A stretch of DNA of 64,000 bases from an uncultured Oscillospiraceae bacterium (GTDB lineage Bacteria; Bacillota; Clostridia; Oscillospirales; Ruminococcaceae), in the NCBI GenBank assembly GCA_964370215.1, contig CAYJIM010000003.1:13308-77307 (forward strand). The letters are read 5' to 3'. Under the pieces are notes generated by a model. The model made no database searches and was not told the origin of the DNA. It worked only from the letters and a program-made list of their open reading frames with translations. The stretch's first letter is position 1. Each line of letters begins with the position of its first letter. Position numbers and translations under genes: made by a program. Positions 30,044-38,875 of this stretch are shown piece after piece.

Positions 30044-30555
30044 TGTGGAGTAAGACAAGGGAGCTTGTTCTCCTCTCTCTGTTGGCGGCAATTCTCGTAT
30101 TGGCGCAAGTGTCTCTTGCGGTGATCCCCAATGTGGAATTGGTATCGCTATTGTGTATCATCTATACGTTGTTTTTCAAAAAGAAGGCCTTGTTTATCAT
30201 CTACACATTCGTCGTTGTAGAGGGCTTTTTGTTTGGATTTGGTATCTGGTGGTTCACCTATCTCTATATTTGGACGATTCTGTGGGCACTAACCATGTTG
30301 ACAGCAAACATGCAGTCGGCGGTGTGGTTTGCCATATTATCGGGATTTTTTGGCTTACTGTTCGGCGCATTTACAGCGATTCCTTATCTATTTATCGGTG
30401 GGCCGACACATATGTTCTCTTACTGGGTAAGCGGACTTGTATTTGATGTCACCCACTGCATTGGGAACGTGGTGACAGCACTTTTGCTGTTTCGACCACT
30501 GTCAATACTGATGGAACGTTTATTAGGAGTAACATTATGGCAACGAAAGGATTGA
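30043..30555 (+). CDS. Integral membrane protein, putative ECF-type S component for cobalamin (CbrT-like)
   Basis: It has about 5-6 TM helices, and its start overlaps the upstream stop (TAATG). It lies inside a B12-riboswitch operon. The family assignment is inferred from context. Confidence 0.5.
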   Translation: MWSKTRELVLLSLLAAILVLAQVSLAVIPNVELVSLLCIIYTLFFKKKALFIIYTFVVVEGFLFGFGIWWFTYLYIWTILWALTMLTANMQSAVWFAILSGFFGLLFGAFTAIPYLFIGGPTHMFSYWVSGLVFDVTHCIGNVVTALLLFRPLSILMERLLGVTLWQRKD

Positions 30556-31061
30556 TTCACCTTTACCATGGCGATGGAAAGGGGAAAACTACAGCGGCAC
30601 TAGGGCTTTGTTTACGGGCACTCGGTGCAGGATACCGCGTTTGTCTCTTGCAATTTTTGAAAACCAATACCAGTAGCGAATTAGAACTGTTAAAACGATT
30701 TGATCGAATGTCGTTGATCCTACCGGCAAAAACTGAAAAATTTACTTTCCTGATGGGAAAGAAAGAGCAAAAACAATGTGGCGATCGACAAAAAGCATCC
30801 TTTCAAACAGCAATCAACTTGGCTGATCAAATTGATCTACTGGTACTGGATGAAGTACTGGATGCCGTCAATACCGGCATGATTTCGGAAAGTACGGTCA
30901 TTGAATTTTTGACCCACAAACCGGCACACCTAGAAGTGGTGTTGACCGGACGCAATCCGTCGCAAAAACTGTTACAGATCGCAGACTATGTCACGATCAT
31001 GGAAAAGGAAAAACACCCCTATGATATGGGCATGACTGCAAGACGAGGGATTGAGTACTAA
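30537..31061 (+). CDS. cobO: Cob(I)yrinic acid a,c-diamide adenosyltransferase (CobO/BtuR type)
   Basis: GLIHLYHGDGKGKTTAALGLCLRALGAGYRVCLLQFLK...LLVLDE...LTGR. Confidence 0.9.
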   Translation: MATKGLIHLYHGDGKGKTTAALGLCLRALGAGYRVCLLQFLKTNTSSELELLKRFDRMSLILPAKTEKFTFLMGKKEQKQCGDRQKASFQTAINLADQIDLLVLDEVLDAVNTGMISESTVIEFLTHKPAHLEVVLTGRNPSQKLLQIADYVTIMEKEKHPYDMGMTARRGIEY

Positions 31062-31103
31062 AAAATAAAACCATCTGTTACCAGCAGATACGCATAATGA
31101 AAT

Positions 31104-31138
31104 AAACTGCCACTATCAAAATCGATAGTGGCAGTTTT
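31104..31138. terminator. Hairpin terminator between cobO and the RAYT gene
   Basis: The 14-bp stem aaactgccactatc / gatagtggcagttt has a 6-nt loop and then tttt. Confidence 0.7.
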
Positions 31139-31156
31139 ACGTTGTACAAATGCTGT

Positions 31157-31636
31157 TTATTTAGTGTGGTAACAATCTTCCTCCCATTTTTGTGGGTTGG
31201 TATCGATATATTGCCATATTTTTAAATATTCTATTTCATTTCTGATCACGTGGTCATGAAATGACCGTTGCCAAATTGAATATCCTATTTGTTTTGTAAC
31301 CAATGTTTTAAATGATTTAATTAGTTGTGAAATTGATTGTGTTGTAGGGGGCGATGCCCTCATCGTCCCGTCCTCATATCCGTAAATAAATATAATCAGA
31401 TGAATATGATTGGGCATTATTACATATTTGTCAATTCCAACAATTCCATTGATGTATTTTTGTACCACCATTCCGATTTCTGACAATACTGTATTCGGGA
31501 CGATGTAGGCATAGTACCCTACAATATTCGATAATATTTCTGACCTGTCTTTCGTGCAAATCGTCACAAAATATGCCCCACAGGATGAATAATCAAATCC
31601 CTTTAATCGTATTTTTTTACGTTTTGGAAATTCCAC
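31157..31636 (-). mobile_element. REP-associated tyrosine transposase (RAYT) / IS200-like Y1 transposase gene, solitary
   Basis: It has the HUH motif MPNHIHLII and the C-terminal motif WQRSFHDHVIRNEIEYLKIWQYIDTNP with the catalytic-Tyr context. The gene and its flanks are visibly more AT-rich than neighbouring genes. Confidence 0.8.
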
Positions 31637-31788
31637 AATATCACCACCTATAAATAATACATGAAATTCATTTCAGATAAGCGGAAGGGGCGACACATTT
31701 ACAAATCCCATTTATTTTCAGAGGAATAAAGCGTATTATCATGCTTCTTTCTGTTTGATCAGCTATACGAGTGCTTTCGTTTTTGCTA

Positions 31789-32574
31789 TTAGAAAATCGT
31801 AAACCGCAAGATGTTATAAACGTTGATGAGCATGATGAGCATCATCAGTCCGATGAAGATTTTCTCCACCGTATCATCTTCCACCCGTTTGACAATACTA
31901 CTACCGATGAGCGCCCCGATGACCCCGCCGCTTGCCATCACAAGTAATGTCAGTGGCGAAAATTCCGGCACACTGCCGGTGATGAGGGTGAGTACCAGAC
32001 TGGAAACCTGTGAAAAGAGGATGATGTAAAGGGAGTTTTTTGCCGAAGTTTTGGCATCCATCGAAAAGAAAAAATACAGAATGGCAATGTTAATGGGGCC
32101 ACCACCGATTCCTAAAAATGCAGAAAATAGACCGAGTACTGTGCCAATGGTGAAACAAAGCGCCATATGTTTGACTTCGTGGGTACGAATATACTTTTTA
32201 CGACGTACATAGACAAATACCACTGCAGTGATGGCCAAAAGCGTAGCGGCTTGAATTGCCCCGATGGTATTTTCCTCTCCCACCAGAGAACGAATCCAAT
32301 CAAACAACCATTTGCCACAAGTGCCCCCTAACACAGCACCGAGTGCAAGGGAGGTACTGCGGTCACGCTTGAGCACCACCCCATTGTTGCGGGTGCGGAA
32401 AAGAGAAACACAGGTCATCGTCAGTACAGTGCAAGAGGAGAGAAAACTGATGGTGCTGACCGACAACAACCCCGTCGCATCCAATACCGGCTTGATGATG
32501 ACACCGCCACCGATCCCACTGATCGCACCAATGGTGGATGCAAACAAGCTGATGAAGAAAAATAAAACAGTCAT
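31789..32574 (-). CDS. Sulfite exporter TauE/SafE family protein
   Basis: It is an 8-TM protein with a repeated Gly-rich segment (GAISGIGGGVIIKP, AFLGIGGGPINI). Confidence 0.85.
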   Translation of the reverse strand: MTVLFFFISLFASTIGAISGIGGGVIIKPVLDATGLLSVSTISFLSSCTVLTMTCVSLFRTRNNGVVLKRDRSTSLALGAVLGGTCGKWLFDWIRSLVGEENTIGAIQAATLLAITAVVFVYVRRKKYIRTHEVKHMALCFTIGTVLGLFSAFLGIGGGPINIAILYFFFSMDAKTSAKNSLYIILFSQVSSLVLTLITGSVPEFSPLTLLVMASGGVIGALIGSSIVKRVEDDTVEKIFIGLMMLIMLINVYNILRFTIF

Positions 32575-32705
32575 ACCCTCATCCTTTCAAAGCACTTTTC
32601 TTTATCATACCATAGAATACACTCCGTTGCAAACTGAAATTGAAGCAACGGGATAGTAAAAAGAGATTCGACTGTTTGACCAACCAAATCTCTTGAAAAT
32701 TTGTA

Positions 32706-33131
32706 TTACAGCACACCTTTTTTGAGAATAACATTGGCGTACAATTCTTTTTCTGATGTTGTTACAACAGCATATGCTTTCTTTGCACGATCATAAAAGG
32801 TGTACTTATCAATGGTTTCTTCCCGCAATCCCTGCACTTCATACTGTACAGCAATGTTGCGGTAGTCGTCCCAAATGGTAGGCACATAAGGGTCACCCGG
32901 CAGTACAGCCATAAAAATGGTAGGGTGTTTGACATAAGAATCCAATGGCATGAGGGACAGGACGGCATCCATCAAAACAGGGATCCCGTGTCCGTCACAA
33001 CGTACCACCCGATCAGGATGTGCAAAAGCGGGGAAGTTGCCGTCGGCAAGCACCAACTCATCCCCATGACCCATTTCAGCAAGAATTTTCAACAGTTCCG
33101 GTGGCAACACCGGTGGAATTCCTCTCAACAT
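32706..33131 (-). CDS. RbsD/FucU family sugar mutarotase
   Basis: MLRGIPPVLPPELLKILAEMGHGDELVLADGNFP is the family N-terminal signature. An aaggag RBS precedes the chosen start. Confidence 0.85.
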   Translation of the reverse strand: MLRGIPPVLPPELLKILAEMGHGDELVLADGNFPAFAHPDRVVRCDGHGIPVLMDAVLSLMPLDSYVKHPTIFMAVLPGDPYVPTIWDDYRNIAVQYEVQGLREETIDKYTFYDRAKKAYAVVTTSEKELYANVILKKGVL

Positions 33132-33147
33132 CTCAACACACTCCTTT

Positions 33148-34155
33148 TTATTTTGTAATGGTACCATTCACATCCCACAGATCGTACCAGTCTTCTGCCC
33201 CTTCCCAGAGGAACACGTGTCCTTTGATGAAGCGACAATCCCGATCGAGTGACTGCATGACTGTCATTTCTGCATCGGTCAGCGGATCTTCGGTGATACA
33301 TCTGAGATTGGCGACATAGTTGTTGATGGAAAACGGAATTGGCACTTGTCCGCGCTGTACCGCCCATTTCAAGCAGACAATGGCAGGGTGCACTTTATGG
33401 GCATTGGCAATTTCGACAAGCTCCGGCATCTGCATATCGATGACATCATTCGGATCAATGTCGCGATCTGGTCGATTGGGCGATCCAATGGGGCAGTACC
33501 CGATGGGGAGAATGTTGCGTGCCACACAGTATTGATACAGTTCTTCCTGCTGAAAACTCGGGTGCAGTTCCATTTCCATTGCAGCAGGTTGAATGCGGCA
33601 ATGGGGCAGTACCGCTTCCAGTTTTGGTATTGTCATGTTGGACATGCCAAGGTGTTTGACAAGACCCATATCGACCAATCGCTCCATTTCATGCCACGTT
33701 TCTAAAAATTCCTCTACGACAAAGGGGTGGGAATCTGGATTGCGGCTGTCAATGTCACAGCCGGGTGGGTGGTAGTTGCGAAATGGCCAATGTACAAAGT
33801 ATAGATCGAGGTAATCTAATTTCAAATCACGCAATGTTTTGGCACAGGACAACAGCACATCACCACGTTCGTGCATGTTATTCCACACTTTTGAAGCGAT
33901 GAACAGTTCCTCTCTTTTTACCACCTGTTGACTGATGGCCTCGTCAAATACACCGCCAATCAAATCCTCGTTGCCATACACGGCGGCACAGTCAAAAAGA
34001 CGATACCCACAGCGAATGGCACCGCCCACCGCTTGGGCAACCTGATCGGGAGTAAAACGGTCCGAACCAAAGGTGCCCATCCCAATAGCGGGAATGGACT
34101 GTCCGTTCGATAGGGTGCGGACAGGCAAACTTTTTTGATCTACAACAAACGACAT
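33148..34155 (-). CDS. Aldo/keto reductase
   Basis: GMGTFG...FDCAAVYGNE...LFIASKVWN...LDLYFVHWP...LGMSN...ELHP. The start was trimmed to MSFVV behind the ggagg RBS. Confidence 0.9.
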   Translation of the reverse strand: MSFVVDQKSLPVRTLSNGQSIPAIGMGTFGSDRFTPDQVAQAVGGAIRCGYRLFDCAAVYGNEDLIGGVFDEAISQQVVKREELFIASKVWNNMHERGDVLLSCAKTLRDLKLDYLDLYFVHWPFRNYHPPGCDIDSRNPDSHPFVVEEFLETWHEMERLVDMGLVKHLGMSNMTIPKLEAVLPHCRIQPAAMEMELHPSFQQEELYQYCVARNILPIGYCPIGSPNRPDRDIDPNDVIDMQMPELVEIANAHKVHPAIVCLKWAVQRGQVPIPFSINNYVANLRCITEDPLTDAEMTVMQSLDRDCRFIKGHVFLWEGAEDWYDLWDVNGTITK

Positions 34156-34180
34156 GATGATTCCTCCATTACAATGAATT

Positions 34181-35242
34181 TTAGGACAGTAGCGACGCAT
34201 CAGGGTAGAGCATGAGTTTTCCCTTGACAGCACCCGGTGTTTTATAGAGCGTGAAAGCCTCTGCGGCCTGCTCCAGTGGGAATTTTTGATAGATCAATTC
34301 ATCGGCAAATTTCAATTGACCGGTTGCAAAATAATGGGCAGTCAGCGACCACTCTTTGCCTGGGAAGGGGGCGGAATAGGACATCCAAGACCCCGTTAAG
34401 TAAAATTCCTTACGGTTCATCAACTCCCACATTTTTGGGGTAAAGGTGAGGTCTGTGGTCGGTGTGCCGATGAAGCAAACCTTTGCCTTGTTAGAGGCTA
34501 AAGTAAATGCCGTTTGCATGGTGGCGGTAATCCCTGCCGTTTCAAACACGCTTTGGTAGCCGACACCATCGGACAATGTCATCGCCTCAGTCAAAAAGTC
34601 CTCTTTTGTGGTGTTGACCACAGCATCTGCACCGAGTTTTGTGGCAAGTGCTAGGCGCTCTTCACTGATGTCAAAGACGACCACACGTTTGGCACCGAAA
34701 ATTTTTGCCCACTGCATGGTGAACAACCCGATGGTGCCGCCGCCGAGTACGGCAACCGTGCCACCACCGGTGAAATTGTTTTGCAACAATCCATGTAACG
34801 CCACACAGGACGGTTCAAACATCGCTCCCTGCTCGTAGGAGATGGAGGAGTCGAATTTGACAGCATTTTGTGCAGGTAGGACAACATAGTCAGCAAAACT
34901 TCCCTGTTGGCGAGAGCCAATAAAGCTATATCTTTTACAGAGTGCATAATTTCCTTGTTGGCAATCCTCACAGGTCAAGCAGGGGAGGAGTGGCGCACCG
35001 GATACCCGATCGCCGAGGGAAAACCCTTCAACATCTTTACCGATCTCCACCACTTCACCGGAAAATTCGTGTCCCAATACAACGGGGTAAAAGTGTGCGC
35101 CGTTGTGCAGTACTCTTGGAATGTCCGAACCACAGATGCCGGTCGCTTTGACACGCACCTTTAGATGACCGGGGCGAATGACGGGGGTCTCCATTTCTTC
35201 ATAACGCAAATCTTCATTGCCGTGTAATACCGCAGCTTTCAT
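34181..35242 (-). CDS. Zinc-dependent polyol/alcohol dehydrogenase (MDR family, sorbitol / galactitol-1-P dehydrogenase-like)
   Basis: It has the catalytic Zn motif GICGSD..GHEFSGEV, a structural-Zn Cys cluster CLTCEDCQQGNYALC and the Rossmann motif VLGGGTIG. Confidence 0.9.
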   Translation of the reverse strand: MKAAVLHGNEDLRYEEMETPVIRPGHLKVRVKATGICGSDIPRVLHNGAHFYPVVLGHEFSGEVVEIGKDVEGFSLGDRVSGAPLLPCLTCEDCQQGNYALCKRYSFIGSRQQGSFADYVVLPAQNAVKFDSSISYEQGAMFEPSCVALHGLLQNNFTGGGTVAVLGGGTIGLFTMQWAKIFGAKRVVVFDISEERLALATKLGADAVVNTTKEDFLTEAMTLSDGVGYQSVFETAGITATMQTAFTLASNKAKVCFIGTPTTDLTFTPKMWELMNRKEFYLTGSWMSYSAPFPGKEWSLTAHYFATGQLKFADELIYQKFPLEQAAEAFTLYKTPGAVKGKLMLYPDASLLS

Positions 35243-35243
35243 A

Positions 35244-36761
35244 TTACTCTTCTCCTTTTTTGTGCATGAGTGGTTTCAATGATTGGTATAACGCCAAATA
35301 GCAATCGTAGTTTTTACGGTAAACCTTCGCTGTATCGGGGTTTGGCGTATGGATACGTGTGACGGTGACGGTTTTTTTCACCGCTTCCTCAAAGGAGGAA
35401 AAGACCCCAACACCGACACCGGCAAGGATGGCAGCCCCCAGTGTGGTTGCAGTATCTGACATAGGCACTTCAATGGGAAGTCCTGTGACATCTGCTTTGA
35501 TCTGTGTCCACAGTTTGGAATTGGCAGCCCCACCCATGGCACGCAATACCTTGACGCTGCAACCGGCAGCTTGTGCCACTGCAAGGTTGTGCTGTAGCGA
35601 AAAGGCGACTCCTTCCAATCCGGCACGGATGAAATGGCCCTTGGTTTTGGAAAAATCCAATCCGTAAAATACCCCTTTGGCATCCTTATCCCAGAGGGGA
35701 GAGCGCTCACCTGCCATGTAAGGGAGAAAGACAAGTCCATCACTACCGGCAGGCACCGCGTTGGCGAGAAGATCCAACTGTGCAAAGGAGGATCGGTTTT
35801 TAAGCTCTTGTTGTGACCGCTCAAAATCCCCAAACTCCTGCTCCAGCCAACGCATGACACCGCCACCACCGACAGTACCTCCCTGTAAAAGCCAGCGATT
35901 CGGTACGACGTGGCATCCTAAAATCAGATTTGGATCGGCGATGGGACGGTCGGTGCAAATACTCATCCCACCGGCCTGCCCACCTTGCTCTTGAGTATCT
36001 CCGGGTTGTAGTACGCCGGCACCCAGTGCGCCACAAGCGGCATCGAGGCCTCCGGCCACCACCGGTGTACCTTCTTTTAATCCTGTCAGCGAGGCGGCTT
36101 TTTTTGTGACCTGCCCTACCACGTCATGGCAGGCAAACAACGGGGGCAACAGGTCTACGTCAAAGCCCAATTGTTTGCAAATCGAGACATCCCAACAACG
36201 GTTTTCCATGTCAAAGCAATGCAGGCCATACCCTTGTGATAGATCATGGCTAAACTGATCGGTCAAACGATAGACAATGAAACTGTTTGCCTGCAAAATC
36301 TTTTCGGTTTTTGCATAAACTTCAGGAAGGTATTTTTGATACCAACCGATTTTTGGTGTGGTGTAACTCGGTTTCAGCGGGTTACCACAACAGGAAAAGA
36401 GGAGTCCTTCCGGCAAAGTCGCTTGCCAATTGTTGCAGATGTCGTCGGCACGAGTGTCCATCCAAATGGGGGTATTGGTCAGTACCGATCCTTCTTTGTC
36501 CACGGCAACGGCCGACCAACTCTGTCCATCCACCCCGATGCCGACAATGTCCTTTGCCGCCACCGACGAGGTGGCAAGAACGGTTTGTATCGTACCGCAG
36601 AGTACCTTCCACCATTCATCAGGATTTTGCTCAGCATATCCCTGCTTTGGATAATAGACGGGATAACTGCCGCTTTTGGAGACGATTACCTTGCCGTTAG
36701 TGGAGAAAATAGCCACTTTGCAGGCAGAAGTGCCCAAATCAATGCCCATTAAGTATTTCAT
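35244..36761 (-). CDS. FGGY family carbohydrate kinase (xylulokinase-like)
   Basis: MGIDLGTSACKVAIF...GQSWSAV...GGLDAACGALGAG...GGAANSKLWTQIKADV. Confidence 0.9.
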   Translation of the reverse strand: MKYLMGIDLGTSACKVAIFSTNGKVIVSKSGSYPVYYPKQGYAEQNPDEWWKVLCGTIQTVLATSSVAAKDIVGIGVDGQSWSAVAVDKEGSVLTNTPIWMDTRADDICNNWQATLPEGLLFSCCGNPLKPSYTTPKIGWYQKYLPEVYAKTEKILQANSFIVYRLTDQFSHDLSQGYGLHCFDMENRCWDVSICKQLGFDVDLLPPLFACHDVVGQVTKKAASLTGLKEGTPVVAGGLDAACGALGAGVLQPGDTQEQGGQAGGMSICTDRPIADPNLILGCHVVPNRWLLQGGTVGGGGVMRWLEQEFGDFERSQQELKNRSSFAQLDLLANAVPAGSDGLVFLPYMAGERSPLWDKDAKGVFYGLDFSKTKGHFIRAGLEGVAFSLQHNLAVAQAAGCSVKVLRAMGGAANSKLWTQIKADVTGLPIEVPMSDTATTLGAAILAGVGVGVFSSFEEAVKKTVTVTRIHTPNPDTAKVYRKNYDCYLALYQSLKPLMHKKGEE

Positions 36762-37768
36762 AGAACCTCCTTAATTGAAAGAGGGGATGTAGATGCCCCT
36801 TCGATAAAGGTTGTTTTTAAGGTGATGGTCATGCTGTCGCTGTCATCTCCTTGTAGACGTTGGAGTAATTGGTCTGCGGTATGTCTGGCGATGTCTAGGT
36901 GGGGCTGTGTCACGACACTCAAAGCCGGACGCATCGCCTTGCAAAACTCCAACCCATCAAAGCCGATGACTGAGAGTTGTTCCGGCAACTGGAGCCCTAG
37001 TTCATTGATGGCCATCATACCGCCAATGGTCAATTCATAGTTTGTCATCAACACTGCTGTCATAGTTGGGTGTTGTTGCAAAAGTTTGTAAAGGCAATCA
37101 CGACCACTCTGCATGGTGTAATCGCTCATTGCAATGAGGGAGGGGGATGTGGGAAGTCCTTGGTCGACAAACGCCTGTCGATACCCCTCGAGGCGTTCTG
37201 CCGCTGTGGTGATGTCCGCAGGGCCGCAAACAATACCGATCTCACGATGGCCAAGGGAAAGTAACTTTGCCGTCGCCTCATAGCAAGCGGCAATGTTGTC
37301 CACTACAACCGCATCCATGCCTGTGATCTTACGGTCAATCAAGACAATGGGGATACCCTTTTCCTTTGCCGGAGTGAGGTGTGCCCCTGTCGTTGAAACC
37401 GGCATACTAATGAGTCCATCCACCTGTTTGGAAAGTAAGAATCGCACCGCCTGTTCCTCCAACTGTGGATCGGTACGACAGTCACAAACGATGGTGGCAT
37501 AGCCCTCTTCCCGCAAACGGTCTTCAATGAGCGATAGAATAGTGGTACAGAAGAGATTGCTAAGCTCTGGGATGACGACCCCGATGGTCATCGTTTTCTT
37601 GGTTTTCAAACCACGGGCGACCTGATTGACCTCGAATCCCATTGCTTCAATGGCGGCTTCAATGGCAATCTTATTTTTCTGCCTTACATTGCCCCCGTTG
37701 AGATAGGAGGAGATGGTGGCAAGCCCCAATCCCGTTTGTTTTGCAATGTCTTTGATGGTAGCAGCCAT
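36758..37768 (-). CDS. LacI family transcriptional regulator
   Basis: It has the N-terminal HTH ATIKDIAKQTGLGLATISSYLNG and a periplasmic-binding-fold effector domain. Its stop overlaps the kinase start. Confidence 0.92.
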   Translation of the reverse strand: MAATIKDIAKQTGLGLATISSYLNGGNVRQKNKIAIEAAIEAMGFEVNQVARGLKTKKTMTIGVVIPELSNLFCTTILSLIEDRLREEGYATIVCDCRTDPQLEEQAVRFLLSKQVDGLISMPVSTTGAHLTPAKEKGIPIVLIDRKITGMDAVVVDNIAACYEATAKLLSLGHREIGIVCGPADITTAAERLEGYRQAFVDQGLPTSPSLIAMSDYTMQSGRDCLYKLLQQHPTMTAVLMTNYELTIGGMMAINELGLQLPEQLSVIGFDGLEFCKAMRPALSVVTQPHLDIARHTADQLLQRLQGDDSDSMTITLKTTFIEGASTSPLSIKEVL

Positions 37769-37792
37769 AGACGCTCCTTTCTTGTCGGTACA

Positions 37793-38647
37793 TTATAGAC
37801 AGGCTTTGCCAAGACAGCCACAAACTGCCATGCGGTCGAGCACTAAGGCTTTGACTTTTTCATACCCTGCTTTCCCATATGCCTTTGGATCAAAGGTGTC
37901 GGGTTTTTCGGCTAGCAATTCTTTGACTCCTTTGCTGTAGGCAACACGTAGGTCTGTGGCAAAATTGACTTTACAAATGCCACGTGCAATACAGGCACGA
38001 ATGTCGTCATCTGACAAACCAGAAGCGCCGTGCAGTACCAATGGAATAGAAACACGTTTGCGAATTTCCGATAGGCGCTCTAAATCAAGCACCGGTGTAC
38101 CGTTGTAAAAACCATGTGCCGTCCCAATGGCAATGGCAAGGGAGTCGATGCCGGTTTGTTCGACATAAGCAACTGCATCATCAGGGTCGGTATTGGTGTC
38201 GGCTTCTGCCTCCAAATCATCCTCTTTTCCGCCTACTTTGCCGAGTTCACCCTCGACCGGAATGCTGTTGGCATGGGCTGCGACTACCACCTGCTTTGTC
38301 ATGACAATGTTTTGTTCCAGTGTTTCATGCGAACCATCTATCATAATGGAGGTATACCCCTCACGTAATGCCTGCATGGCAAGATCGACGGTATTGCCAT
38401 GATCGAGGTGCAGCGCAACCGGTACCGATACCTGTGAGGCCAAGGTACTGACCATAGCATGAAAAGCAGGAAGACTTGAATAACGAACGGTGGAAGGGGT
38501 GGTCTGCAACAGGACAGGGGATTGACTTTGCTCGGCGGCTGAAATGACCGCTTGGATCATTTCAAGGTTTTCTACATTGAAAGCGCCGATAGCATATCCG
38601 TTGGTTTGTGCTTGTTTTAACATGGAAGTTGTGGTAACAAGTGGCAT
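37793..38647 (-). CDS. Class II ketose-bisphosphate aldolase (fructose/tagatose-1,6-bisphosphate aldolase family)
   Basis: GYAIGAFNVENLE...VALHLDHG...SIMIDGS...EGELG...LAIAIGTAHG...LVLHGASG. The start was trimmed to MPLVT behind the aaggag RBS. Confidence 0.9.
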   Translation of the reverse strand: MPLVTTTSMLKQAQTNGYAIGAFNVENLEMIQAVISAAEQSQSPVLLQTTPSTVRYSSLPAFHAMVSTLASQVSVPVALHLDHGNTVDLAMQALREGYTSIMIDGSHETLEQNIVMTKQVVVAAHANSIPVEGELGKVGGKEDDLEAEADTNTDPDDAVAYVEQTGIDSLAIAIGTAHGFYNGTPVLDLERLSEIRKRVSIPLVLHGASGLSDDDIRACIARGICKVNFATDLRVAYSKGVKELLAEKPDTFDPKAYGKAGYEKVKALVLDRMAVCGCLGKACL

Positions 38648-38668
38648 AAGAGTTGCTCCTTTCAAAAG

Positions 38669-38680
38669 CGAAACGTTTCG
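38669..38680. promoter_or_regulatory. Perfect 12-bp palindrome CGAAACGTTTCG, candidate LacI-family operator
   Basis: It lies 22 nt upstream of the aldolase start, at the head of the minus-strand operon that encodes the LacI regulator. Its central CG and AAAC/GTTT arms are typical of LacI/CcpA-type operators. Confidence 0.6.
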
Positions 38681-38875
38681 GTTTATGAAATTATAACAGA
38701 AAAAAAAATATCTGTCAATGATATTTGGCGATTGTGAAATGTTATTTTTTATGAAATTTTGTCGATAAGTTTAGTAGAGAAGAAATGTATTTGTTTTGAT
38801 TCCCCCTTGTGGATCGCTGAAAAAGTCGTATAGAAGCAACAATGAGGAGATACTATAATAGGAGAGACGTAAGTT

